Shown here piece after piece: positions 1 to 13,453 of a stretch of 64,000 nucleotides of DNA. The stretch is from Cirrosporium novae-zelandiae (lineage: Eukaryota), in the NCBI GenBank assembly GCA_026023565.1, contig JAPETS010000014.1:186001-250000 (forward strand), read 5' to 3'. The notes below the pieces were generated by a model. That model was not told the DNA's origin, searched no databases, and saw nothing but the letters and a program-made list of their open reading frames with translations. Positions within the stretch are counted from its first letter, which is position 1; every line of letters begins with the position of its first letter. Made by a program: the position numbers and the translations under genes.

Positions 1-389
1 GATTTCAAATGATATATCTGCATGGTAAGGCCCTGTAAAGCAAAGAGGAGTAAAGATGAAGTTGCTGGCATGGAAAGGTTTATAATATAAAGGGCTCTGG
101 TTTAGGTGCTATCTGCCGATTTGTGACACTGAATGAGGATAGCGAGCCGTCTTCTTTCGGTTACCGTAATTCAATACCCGCAGCCCACACGAACACACAA
201 GTTTAATCATCCATGATGAGCTGCATTCTGTGACATTCTACCCCATTTATCAATCTTTGATTACTTCAACGTTGTACAATCATTTTTACCTAGAAATTTG
301 CTAGTATATTTATAATTCATCATTATATTCAATGGATGCTCACTCATATCAAGAAATTCATCCACAACAACAGCAGAAAAATACTCGTA

Positions 390-2367
390 ATGGATTCAAT
401 TGGAAAAGCCGACGGCCAGCTCCCTAGCGAACGCACACCATTACTCGCAACCCCGAATAGTGATCGCAGACTCGCCTCGGCCTACAGTCAGCAGTTATCT
501 TCGGCTCACGAACAATTGGACTCTGATATCGAGGATGGTCAATTAGATCTCGACCTTGCGAGAATAGTCTCTGGTTCAAGTGGCATCGGGATCGAGCCCC
601 AAGTGGAAGAATTCATATACCCGACAATTGATGTTCCTCGGAAGAGGAACTCAGACAGCACATTGTGTGATGCTGCAAAACATTACGAGGAAGAGTCACA
701 AAGTGACGGCGATACTCTTCATTATGAATCCAGATATATAGGAATAGGCGTTTTCAAGTTCTGGACCATTTTCATTTGTGTTTTGTTAGGCTACTTCGTG
801 CGTCCTTGATGGCCTCCTGCTAAGGTTTTTACATGCTAACGAAGAAAGATTGCTTGTTTCGACTCTACCCTCATGGCATCCAGCCACCCGGTGATAACCT
901 CATACTTCCATGCTTCGAATTCAGCTTCTTGGCTCTCTACTGCCTTCTTGTTGACATCGACTGCCTTCCAGCCATTATTTGGAAGGGTTTCCGACACTGT
1001 AGGTCGTCGGCCGATCTACCTATTTGTTTTGATAATTTTCTCCTTAACAACTTCATGGTGTGCTTTGGCCCAGAGCATTGGCAGTTTCATTGCAGCACGT
1101 GCTATTTCTGGGCTTGGAGCTGGGGGTACCATGTCGCTAGGGATGATCATAATCAGCGATTTAGTACCAATTGAAGATCGTGGTATATACCAATCGTATC
1201 TCAATCTTGCCTTTGGAACCGGTTCGGTAAGCGGCGCTGCCTTTGGAGGTTTCTTATGCGATCAACTTGGATGGCGATGGGCGTTCGGCATCCAGGTCCC
1301 ATATATCCTTATACTTTTTATTATAGCTTTCATCGCAACTCCAAGTGATCTTGGTCCAAATCTAGCAAAGTCGTCAGAGAAGACAACTTGGGAGATAATC
1401 AAAGGATTTGACATTGCGGGATCATTTGCGATTACTACTACCGTTGCACTACTTATTCTAGGTGTTAACCTTGGTGGAAACGTCCTCTCTTGGAGTCATC
1501 CCGTCGTCATATGCTCTTTAATTTTATCGATTATCACCATGGGTTTCGTTGTGAAGATCGAGTCGCATGCTGCACGGCCTGTCATGCCTTTATCGTTGCT
1601 TATGAGCAAACCTCGGGGAAATTTGATGTTTGGTAACTTTTTTGGAGCTATTGCTGGCAACGCTGTCATGTTCAACGTGCCCCTCTTCTTCCAAGCTGTG
1701 ACACTGGATAGCCCGACTAATTCTGGTCTTCGCCTTGCAATTCCATCAATATTTGTGACAATTGCTGCAGTTTCAACTGGATTCATTATCACATGGAGTC
1801 GTCGGTTAATGCCGATGGTGAGAGTAGGGGCAGGGTGCTTTTTGGTCGGTTCTATCTGCATGTCATGCATTTGGAAAGATATTCCGGAGTGGGCATCTAT
1901 GCTTTTCATTACAATTTCAAGCTCAGGGCAGGGATTTGGTTTTCCAGCCTCTACCATGTGCCTATTGGCGGCAAGTGCGCAAGAGGAGCAAGCTGTTGTT
2001 TCAACAACACTTGCCCTATGGAGAAATCTTGGAACTGTTATGGGAGTAGCACTTAGCAGCCTCATTCTGCAAAACACTCTCATTGCCTATTTAAATCAAA
2101 AGGTAACGGGAGAGGACAAAGCTGAGATCATCTCAACAGTACGAAAGTCGGTCCAATCTATCCTAAAACTTGATAAGATACATCAAGTACAAGGTTAGTG
2201 AATCTACCCTAGATGGAAAGTTTTTGTAAGTCACTAATATTACTCAAGTGATTGATGCCTATGCAGCAGCATTACGAATGACCTTTCTGTTCTCTGTCTT
2301 AGCTTCTATCATCTTCATATTGCTAATCATACCTGTGAAACTTCCACGGCTCAGGAAGCGCCGTTGA
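390..2367 (+). CDS. MFS transporter, DHA2/14-TM (Vba/azole-efflux-like) family
   Basis: ATG 390; introns 798-848 and 2194-2248 join ...LLGYF|IACFDSTLMASSHP...; motif A-like GRVSDTVGRR, WLSTAFLL, GWRWAF; many hydrophobic helices; N-terminal ERTPLL dileucine-type vacuolar sorting motif. Confidence 0.9.
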
Positions 2368-4413
2368 TAGGACGCCAAAAATGATACCGATTGGTATCAC
2401 CGTGTCAACCTTATTATGCCTTGTTTGAAGCATATGGGTGCCAGAGTATTTTCTTCCTCCCCTTTTTTGCACATTGACGCTTAACTCAATTTTTCAACCC
2501 AGTTGGGGTGCTTAGCTTTGCAACCAATACTGTAAGATGGAGAGTTTAGGGGGTGTGGAATTGGAATTGGTAACGTATCACACCAACCTGAAGACCCAAA
2601 TAGTTTCAGGGCGATAGCAGGTGTCAATGCATTATATTTCGGCTTCTTTGATATGCTTGGGCGTTCTTCGGATTACTTTTTCTGATCCTCTGTAGCAGTT
2701 CGGGCTAATTGACAGTTGAATTGAAGCCTGGGGATTGGCAAGAGTCGGAAATATAGACCGAAGTGAGACAGCGAAAAACTTAAATAGAGAAGGATACTTA
2801 GGTCGTAACTGGCCGAGGAAAGTCATATCTACAAAACATAGAATAAGAGAGCCTTGAGGGGGGATGGGAAGTGCATTATTATTGCAATTTGTAAGGATTC
2901 CTTGGCCATTTAACTTTAGTACTAGGTTTCTTTTCCGGGGTGAAATAGTAGAAGGGCGCCACCAGATATAGTTTAAATTGATAGCTTGCATGTTTAAACA
3001 GTAAGAGAGCTTGTTGGAGTACACGGAGCCTTGGGGGGGAGTGCTGAAAGGTGGAAAAAAACTATGTATCCAGGTGATTAGGGGAAGCAGGGACAGGTAT
3101 GTTTTGGTGCCGACAACAGGGCTCAGGGGAAAGCCGAACTGTCAGTCACAGAGTGAAGTTAGATGAGCTTATTGGGGGGCTCTCAGTGCTCTCAGTGCTC
3201 TCAGTGGCTGCTACTTGTGGTAATGTCAGTTAGAGTCAGTTAGACCAACATCGGTGAGGTCGGCGTCGGCTGTTTTGGACCCAGACCTCAGTCAAGTCTA
3301 CTCGAGTTAGGTAACAAGGAAAGAAAAGCTATGCGCCTCTTACACCATTGGAGAAAATGCTCTTGCACCTTCTATTTCCGTCTCAACTCATTTTTCCCCT
3401 TGTCTGTTGTTGTCCTTTTCCCTGTGTGTTAATTAATCATTGTTTATTTTCCATCTTTTTCATCCCATCTTCGACATCTTTCTCTAGTGGAATTAATTCA
3501 ACGCAGTTGAGTAATTTGACGTTGTCATTCTATACTGTGTGCTGATTGATGATAATTACTTGGACAAGAGCGACAAGACCCCAGCAATTCGGCACGGGAA
3601 AATCTACCCAGACTGCAGTGCGATCTTCACTCGTAGCCTTTTCCTGCTCTTTTCTCCAACGACCCTCGCCCAAACCTGCCCTTCTCATCCCCCATCTTGT
3701 CGCAAACCCATCTCAACATTAAAAATCCTCCAACATCTTCACCTCACCCTCCTAACTCGAATTATATTAAATATCCAAAGTGTCGAGAAGTTCCAGAGCC
3801 CCCCAGCAACATTTCCGTCTCGACATCCCCACTTCTCCTAGATTACCCCCCCTGTGCTGTTGAAAATAAGTTTATTGAGTATCACCAGAGACCTTAGGCT
3901 GAGAAGGTTCGAACTCGACCTTTCTGCGCCTTGACCTTGACGGACCTTGACGGACCTTACTTGGGCCAGCCACCGCAACTCGATTCGGGTTTCCTTTCTG
4001 GAGTATCCCCAAAACTCATCATCCAACATCACCAATTCATCTCCCCTAAATCATCACAACACGTGTATGGAGCGAAGTCACACTCTACGGTGCTGTCAAC
4101 GTTGCCTTGCGAAGGCCAAAACCTGGGGTTGCTGGCATCAAAGTGCAGTGACAGTAGCACGAGCTGAAGACAACACTACCAGTTGTCATATCTAGAATTA
4201 AGATTCTGCCAGCCGACTGACATAGTGGAAAAATTATAATCGAAATTTTTATTCACGAATGTGATTTTTTTTGTTGATTTGTGGAGCTGAAGAGGTGTCT
4301 TTGAGTTGCCAGTGTTCATCCCGTTGAATTTATATGAATCAACCCTGTTCTGGTGGTCGTGCTATCAGCTGATAACTGGGTGTTCCGAACGAGTGTCCCT
4401 TCAGAATATATTC

Positions 4414-6542
4414 ATGGCTCTGGTGGATGCTAGTAGTAACGTGGCATCTGCGACTGCCCCTGCCGCTGCAAGTAAGCCAAAAAGAGTTCGTACAGGATGC
4501 TTAACTTGCAGAGAGAGACACTTGAAGTGCGATGAAGCACAACCAGAATGCCAGAATTGCCGGAAGTCAAACAGAGAATGCAAACGTGGTGTTCGTCTCA
4601 ATTTTATCGATACCCAGGTACAAAACCCTCCGATCATAATACCATCGTTGGACTGGCGCATTGAATTTCGCGATGAATCTCGGGATATCGCTTCCGAATA
4701 TAAAGGAGGTTTAGGACGATATGCCAATATAGCAGCAATCGAATGTCAAAGCATGAACATGCCTCAATACGGATTCACTAACACGAATGTAGCTCCGCCC
4801 CCGATTCCCCAACATTCTCTCCCACCTATTCACCCCATGTTGCAAGATTTCTCGGAGCAGTCACAGATGGCCTTGCCTCAACATCTTCGCGAGATCCAGC
4901 ATCAGCAAGCACCGTCCAATGGTGATTCTGCATACTCTTCTCAAATGTTAGATCCGTCGAGTCGGTCGTCATTTAGTAATCCCGAGCAGCCTCTAACCCC
5001 GTTATCTACGAGACGTGATTATCTAGCCACCCAAGAAGAAACCCTCTTTATGCAGGTATTTGTGGAGGAGGTTGGAGTCTGGATGGATAGCATGGATTCG
5101 GATAAACATGTGTGTGACATGTCCGACCCTTTATGTGCGCGCCTATGTTAACTATTTAGTTCTCCCGTCTGCTTCCCTTCCATGCCCTCGACAACTCCAT
5201 GCTTTTGAACGCCTTCTTGGCATGTGGTGCACGGCATCTTTCTCTAGTCAACTCATTATACACCGAAGAGAAAGCTTTAAACTATTACGATACTGCCACG
5301 AGAACATTGTTACAATCGTTGCAGAATCCAAATCGTGATGCAGTCATTTGCGCAACTACTGCTGTCATCTTGAATGTTTATGAAGTCATGTCTGAAAGAC
5401 CGTTACAACGGATGAATCACATTGCAGGAGCTCGTGCTCTTATAAAAGAATGTGGCTGGAATGCTCGATCAACGGGAGTTGGTGCTGCTTGCTTTTGGCT
5501 TAATGTGGGTTTGGAGTTATTGAGTTGCCTTCATTTCAACTGGCAGGTTGCTTGGGATCCTGATGAGTGGGGTGTTGATCTAGATTGGGGAAGAGAGACT
5601 GAGTCTGGAAAAGAAGAGCTGTGGTGCCACCGGATGTTGTATCTCTTAGGTAAGGTCGCGAACTTCCGTGCTACCGTGCCACGACTTCATGAGTCAAACC
5701 ATGCAGCTGTGCAATCACGATTCAACAACCGATGTAATGAATGGAAAGGGCTGAAGGAATGGTGTGACTCTTGGAATAATTGTATTCCTCGAACAATGCA
5801 TCCTGTTGCTTACCTCCATACCAATCAGACGGCCTCGAAATCTTCGTTCCCGGAAATCTGGTGCGCTTCCATCTACTAATGGCAATAATATAAAATCTCA
5901 TGTTTTATAGGTTGATCAAACGGGCTACAATTGTCGCGCGCCTTTTCTTCCATACTGCCATGTGTCTCTTATCTCAAATTAACCCGATGGAGTCAGTGTG
6001 TGTTGAAGAGATGCAGGAAATGCGAATTGTCCACTCACGTACAATATGCGGTATAGTCGCGCATGTCAAGGATAGGTATGTAACCAATGTGTTATAGTAC
6101 CTTACGCTAATAGCGTAGTAGGGGGGTAGCAAGTGTGGCCCTAAGAACACTAGCAATTGCAGCGGAATGTCTAAATACTCGTCGAGAGCAAGAAGAAATT
6201 CTCAATATTTTTGCACGCATCAGGAAAGAAACTGGTTGGCGAATTAGTTTTCTTAATAAAGAATTAAAAGAAAAATGGGGTTGGGTCGAAGACACTTCAA
6301 TTCAACAACAACCAGTTCCCACGGCAAATATGCGAACGACTTCTCACCTAAACTCAGTTTACTCGCAGAATCCTTCTATATCACCGCCGGTTTCTTCAAT
6401 TTCATTCCAGAAGCAACGGACAAATAACCCTCTCTTATCAACTGCGACTGATTTTTCGGCTCCCAGTCATCCTTATCAGAACCACTACGTTGCTCCAAAC
6501 CAGCAACCTCCAGTGCAGTCGCAGTACAGTCTTAATTACTAG
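4414..6542 (+). CDS. Zn(II)2Cys6 transcription factor with C-terminal fungal TF domain
   Basis: RTGCLTCRERHLKCDEAQPECQNCRKSNREC binuclear cluster; three GT-AG introns (~5110-5159, ~5862-5910, ~6076-6121) join the ORF pieces; Q/P/S-rich tail. Confidence 0.93.
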
Positions 6543-7693
6543 TAATTACTTCACGACATGAGCACAAGTGGCGTTTCACATTTAGCTACAATGATTTGCA
6601 TGAGCATAGCTTACATTTTAAGGCCCGTTCTGAACCGGAGTTGCGTATTTGGGGCATTTCTTGAGTTTTGGATCGAATTTGAAATTCGTGGTTGATCTTA
6701 CCGGTGCAGAATGCAACCATATACTAGATGACTATTTTAAAGCCGATTCATGGCGTTCGGGGCCGGTTTTAGAGGATGTAGCATTATCTCACGATAATTA
6801 AACCCTTTCTAAATGTTATAATTGACTTTGACTTAGGTAGAACCAATCTGCATGGGACTTTTTTGGAACAAAGGCTGAACAGAAGCTTCGTTCGGGTATA
6901 CTAGAGCAAAAACATTTGAGGTGGTGATTAAGACATAATGCCGCTTCGGTGCTATATGAGCTTTGCATTTCTCTATGATCTAAAAATAATTATTAAATGT
7001 TTACCCTACTTTATATACGTACATGTACATATGCTGTAACATAATGCCCAGGTTTTTTTATGGTGATGCCCCCTTTCCATGCATAGATAAACACTTTTTA
7101 CTTTATTTTCAATTAGGTTACCTACCTAGCACGTGCCTAGGTAGCTCTAAAACAAAGAACCAAATGGATCACTGCTTTCACGTACAGTACAAACAAGCGG
7201 GAAGGAATGACGTAGTCGGTATTACCGTAATTATTAGCGGCCCACTCACTTGCTCGGTAATCTTGAATCTGTGAATCTTGAATCAATTATCGATCTAATC
7301 AACTGAACTATGATCCCTTTGCAGAAATATTGATGCTTGTGATCGACCTTTAGCCAGGAACTACTGTAGTTTCAGCTTCCCCCCGGATTATTTTCTGTTA
7401 TATTTTCCTCCTACTACTCTCAGAAACCCTTTTTATCTTTTGTTTTATTTCTTCTTGGTAATTACTGGAATGATAAGTGTTCCCCAGCGTTTGCACTTGG
7501 GCTTATGCTATTCTAATAAATTGCCACACGTGCAATCCGCCGCGCCTATACATATACATTATTATTCTCTTGTTGCTTCTTCCTTTATACTTCCTCCTCC
7601 TCTTCTTCTTATCCTTCCTAGTTGTCAGTATTTTTTTTATTACCTCCTCTGCCGCCGAAAAGAAGAATATCATTTATTATTATTGATACAATA

Positions 7694-9925
7694 ATGATGA
7701 CAAACCGGAAGAGATTCGGTACTACTGCTGCTGCGGACTGCTCTGAATCGAGAATCGTGAAGTCAAATAAAGACGGGATACGGCAGCCTAGACTTAGACC
7801 TCAGAATATTGAACAGAGCTCAATGACAAATCCACAAATCGGGGATGGCTGTGAGGCGATGCGACCTTCGCCGGATGCGGAAGATAAAGACGGGGAATAT
7901 TGCATCAAAGGAGGAGCAAGATCCCAGGGGAATAGGAAGATTAAAATGGGGGATAAAGCTTCTGGAATTGTTCCAGAAACATCGAATAGTTCGAACTACT
8001 CTCTATTGTCCGAACTTTCGGATGTTAAACTCTCCAAAAAGCTAAAGGCCATAGAAAAAGAAAGTGCAAAGGGAGATGGCATTCAGGAACGACAGAACTT
8101 TGGCGATAGGGATGCTGTAACAGGAGAAGATGAGGAATTTGATGAAGTAGAGGTCAAAGAAGCCTCGACTAGACCCCCACCTGTGAATAGCAGTTACCTT
8201 CCTCTGCCCTGGAAAGGAAGATTGGGTTATGTACGCTTGGTCTTATTCAATATTTCCAATCACAGTTCTAATCAGATTTAGGCATGCCTATGTACCTATC
8301 TCCGCTCCTCGAACCCGCCTGTTTTCAGCTCCAGGACATGTCGCATTGCATCCATCATCGAAAATCGACATCCCCTAAAAGATCCTACACAGCCACCGCA
8401 TCCGACCAAGAATCGACCTGATCGGAATCAACCAGCGAATATTGCTCGGGGGCAAGCTTACGTCGAGGAGCTTGGGCTAGCAAATGCTAGGGACGTTGTG
8501 AAAATGCTAAAATGGAACGACAAATACGGCATTAAGTTCATGCGACTAAGTAGCGAGATGTTTCCGTTTGCTAGCCATGAAGTTTATGGATATAGGCTGG
8601 CCCCCTTCGCTTCTGAAGTTTTGGCTGAAGCCGGCAAAGTTGCTGCAGACTTTGGTCACCGATTAACCACACATCCGGGGCAGTTCACTCAATTAGGCTC
8701 CCCAAGGAAGGAAGTTATCAAAAACGCGATTCGGGATCTCGAATACCATGCCGAGATGTTGGATCTTCTCAAACTTCCGGACCAACAAAACCGCGATGCA
8801 GTCATGATTCTTCATATGGGAGGGACCTTTGGGGATAAACAGGCCACCTTAGATCGATTTCGAGTGAATTATAAGCATCTATCCCAGAATATTAAGGATA
8901 GACTAGTTCTTGAGAATGATGATATGTCTTGGTCTGTGCATGACTTATTGCCCATTTGTGAAGAACTTAACATTCCACTGGTGTTAGATTATCACCATAA
9001 CAATATTGTGTTTGACTCGGAAAAGATCAGAGAAGGGACTTTGGATATCATGAATTACTATGACCGCATCAAGGCTACATGGACTCGGAAGCGTATAACC
9101 CAGAAGATGCATTACTCCGAGCCAACTCCAGGAGCGGTCACAGGTCAGCAGCGACGAAAGCATAGCCCTCGTGTCGCAACCCTTCCACCCTGTCCTCCGG
9201 ATATGGACCTCATGATTGAAGCGAAAAACAAAGAACAGGCGGTTTTCGAGCTAATGAGAAACTTTAAATTACCCGGATACGACCTTTTTAATGATATCAT
9301 ACCTCATGTCAGAAGTGACGAGAACAAGCTTTGGAAACCATCATCAAACAAGAAAACGAAGAAAAGCAAGGTAAAGAAATTGGCTGACGTCATTGGAGAA
9401 ATCGAAACTGCAGTAGGTGTTGCTGAACAGGAAGTTGAGAAAGGCCCGCCTCCTATAATTCCGGACGATGAAGTTGGAATGGGTGGACCGGAGAGAAGAG
9501 TGTATTGGCCACCCGGCATGGAAGAATGGCTTAGGCCACCGAAAAGGCTTATTAAGAAGAAAGAGGAAAACAAAGAAGAAGAAGAAGAAGAGGCAGGGAC
9601 AAAAACTCGTGAAACACTTACAACCGCCAAAAAGCGTAAAGGCGCTAACACAAGCACCAAGAATGAGGAGGTTAATAGTTTGAGCACACGTGAGAAGAAA
9701 ATTAATGTAAATCCTAAGAAAACTAATAGCACTAACAAACGGAACGGGAGGAGAATACTGAAAACAGCGCCAACCCCGACGACATCTGAAGAAGAGGTTT
9801 CGGAGCTGGGGGATATGACTGACGAAAGTATTCCGACAGCAAAGAGACGGAAAACTACTGTTCGACGGCAAAGTGGTCGAGCAAGGAAGGTTAATTATGC
9901 GGAGTTGAGTGATGAGGATATCTAA
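7694..9925 (+). CDS. uve1: UV-damage endonuclease (UvdE/Uve1, Neurospora mus-18 family)
   Basis: Intron 8231-8281 gives WKGRLGY|ACLCTYLR; motifs FMRLSSEMFPFASH, HPGQFTQLGSP, ILHMGG, LVLENDD, DYHH, KMHYSE, DLMIEAK; basic/acidic NLS-rich tail. Confidence 0.95.
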
Positions 9926-10691
9926 GATGGGAGCGTGAAGGCTTGTATAACATGTACTATAAATAGGATCTCATGAATTAGTTGTTGAAAGCGGAAGACT
10001 TGGAATTGGATGGCGTTACACTGATGACGACATACTACTTGAAACAATTGTCCTCTGATTCCATTTTGGTGATACCAATAAATGATTCAATTAATGGCGC
10101 ATCGAATATGTTTGTCATAACCTAGAGGCGGCATAGACAATGAAATGAGTCATCATCATAGCGGATCGGATATGAAGGAAAGTTCGGAAGTTCGGAAGTT
10201 GAGGGCCTTTGATGTGGAGAAGAGGAGAAGAGACGAACCCCACGTCACAGGCTTAAGTTTAGGATTCAGCGATGACGTCTCTTGGCATCCTCCTTGGCAA
10301 AGCTTAGCTAAAAGCTTGGTTTTAGCCGATAGCATTAATCAATCATCATCATTTCCTTTTCAGTACATCTTCCTAGTACCCCTAGGAACCCTCGGAACCA
10401 CGCGTCGACTTGCAAGAACCGCCACATTTCTTTGATTATAACCAAGCCTCCTCGCTCAATCAAGGCTAGACTTGCTAAATTTGTTGGCAATGTACTTTTC
10501 GTTCAATATAATAACTTGGCAGGAACCCAAGCTTATTATCTTTCCCACATAAGACCATGGATGCCTCCCACTTACCCCATTTTTCATCCCCCATTCCCCT
10601 TATTTTATCTTTAATTTTTCCAGCAGTCGGTGTTTTATTATATCTCGCTTATCTGTGGCAACCTACATCAGTGCATCGGATAGTTAATAAG

Positions 10692-12918
10692 ATGTTGTCC
10701 CAGAAGGTTTATGACTTATGTCAAACCCAGACTAGCTTAAGTTCGGAATATGCCAAAAGCCCTTCTGAGGCTCCCGAGAAGATCATTAAGAAATTATATG
10801 GAGACGAGGAACTTCATGATGGCGAGAAGAAGTTCGAGGAGCAACCTAACGATGACAAAGAGTTACAAAAAGCCTTCGAATGTGGGAAATGGGGAAGCAC
10901 AAGACCTAGTGACCTCTTCTTGCAGGTGCGCGATCTCGCTGTTAATTTGCTGTACCTGTCGCCGGAAGAACTCTAACCTCTAGAATCCATTAGATATACC
11001 ATGACGCTCTTTGTACTCTCGAAAAAGACCCAATGGTCGGTATGACTTCACCTTCGCTCATGGGGAGTTCGGGAGTGCTTCCACTTACAATTATTGCACC
11101 CTTGCCGGATATCTGTCGCCACATGTCCAACTGCATTGCGCGTGCCGAGAAAGAAGTCTTTCTGGCAACAAACTACTGGATTTTTTCAGACGCCTCAACA
11201 CTAATTACAAACTCCTTCAGGGAACTTTCACGTCGAGCTGGCGAAAGAGGAGAGAAAGTGGTCGTCAAAATGATCTATGATCGAGGAAACCCGAAGCAGG
11301 TAGGTTCAGACGAAAACTTCTAGTTCAAAGGCCATGTTATTGATCTCTTGGTGAGGTCTAGGTATTCAACAATCATCAACCTGTGGATGTTCAAGGCTAT
11401 ACTAGCGAGAAGATCAAGATCCCATCTCCAGAAGAAATTCCCAATATCGATATGCAGGTCGTCAATTACCACAAGCCACCTCTTGGAACATTCCATTCCA
11501 AGTATATGGTAGTGGATCGCAAGATTGGCATTATCAGTAGCAACAATATTCAGGACAACGATAACATGGAAATGATGACGCATGTCGAGGGACCAATTGT
11601 TGATTCTCTCTACGATGTCTGCTTGGCCTCCTGGTTCCACGAATTTAAGCCTCCTTTACCATTCCATAATACACCTGCTACTCTGGGTGGATTCCCTTCC
11701 TTCGAGCAAAAATCATTTGCCGAAATGTTTGATCAGAATGGTAAGCTGAGAGACCTCTGGAGCGATGCTGGCCAGGACCAGTCAATACTAGCGAATGGTC
11801 CGGAGATCGGGTATCAAGGCCAAGATGTCACGACAAGTGATGAATCACGCACTTTACAACAAGTCGCAGAAGATGGCCATCAAGAATTTCTCCCAGAGCA
11901 TACATCCAAGGATCCGCATTACGACCATGACATTAAAGGCGAGGTTTCTAGAATGCAATGCTCGTTGTATCCTAAGTCTGGAGAAACCAGGATGCAAGCG
12001 GTGACTCGACATCTTAGTAGGTCTTCCTGGTTAACGCGATAATGAACACTCCTAATTTACATTGTAAGACACAACTATCCAACCAGATACCAAGGGTACT
12101 GCTCCCGAAAGCACTCAAGACGATGAAATGGCACCCTACATTCCTCATTTGATGCATGAACCGTTCCCAATGGCAATGGTCTGTCGAAAACCTTGGGGCA
12201 GTGAGTCATGATCAATTCTCACTATTCAAGAATACCACCCTGACTAGTCTCATCAGTACCAAACCACTCCTGCGTCCACACACCTCAAAATGCAGCGTTT
12301 CTGTCCGCACTCAGAAATGCCCGCAAAAGTGTCTTTATCCAAACCCCTGACCTAAATGCCGAGCCTTTGATACCGGCAATTCTCTCCGCTGTCCGTCGCG
12401 GCGTCAACGTGACATATTATGTCTGTTTAGGTTACAATGATGCTGGAGAACTCTTGCCATTCCAAGGGGGTACTAATGAGATGATTGCCAATAAACTATA
12501 CACTTCTCTCACGGCATCGGAAAAAAAGAATCTCAATATTTTTAATTATGTGGCTAAAGATCAGGTTCGACCAATCCACAATAAATTCAAGCAGCGCAGT
12601 TGTCATGTCAAACTCATGATTGTGGACGAACATATCGGTATCCAAGGAAATGGAAACCAGGATACCCAATCTTGGTATCATAGCCAGGAAATCAACATCA
12701 TGATTGATTCTCCTACAGTGGTTCGGGGATGGCTGGAAGGAATTAGACGAAACCAGAATACTCATCTTTATGGGGCAGTCAGCAAGGAGGATGGATGTTG
12801 GTATGATGAGCAGGGAAAGATGGCTGAAGGCGCTATTGGTATAGATCCGGGAAGACTTTCATGGATAAAGGGATTTGTCGGGGCGATCCAGAGAGTGAGA
12901 GGTGTCGGCGGCTTCTAA
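10692..12918 (+). CDS. Phospholipase D-superfamily protein with two HKD motifs (fungal, function unassigned)
   Basis: HSKYMVVDRKIGIISSNN and HVKLMIVDEHIGIQGNGN (HxKxxxxD); four introns (~10926-10993, ~11300-11361, ~12017-12068, ~12201-12256) restore one frame. Confidence 0.88.
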
Positions 12919-13453
12919 AGTGGAACATTCGAATTGGGAAGGTAGCACGGCGTCCACGGGTAGTACATGGGATGATAACTGTTAAGCGGTTTTTAATAGA
13001 TGACCAATCTATCAACAATTTACGCCAATGGTTCATGTTGGTTTAGTCAGAGTTCTCTAAATTGTGGGGTAAACTCTACTCGAGTAGATATCTTCGGTCC
13101 CTAGATATCCATCCCGCACTAATTCTCCATTACCCTAACATCTTCTCCACACATCGTACCTATGTCTTATAGCAAAATAGTTCCGGTCATATCGGCCACT
13201 AATTTAATGCCGGAAGAGTTCCGCTAATCCATGACATTGCGGTTTTTTAGTGTTTATACCAACGGCATTTCAAAACCGGCAGTATAGTTTTGATATACTT
13301 GAGCAATGGCAATTCCGCAGGACTTTTTATCTATATAATAATGGTTTCATTATTGTCCTATCTTCCCGCCACATTCTCCAGAACTTTCCCCCATCACCTA
13401 AAAACTCGTTTCTTTTATCACTATATTTTCGTAAGGGTTTCAAAGGAAATAAC

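Noticed and set aside
3895..3930. GGTTCGAA as a possible tRNA T-loop
   Set aside because: No cloverleaf, D-arm or acceptor stem could be built around it
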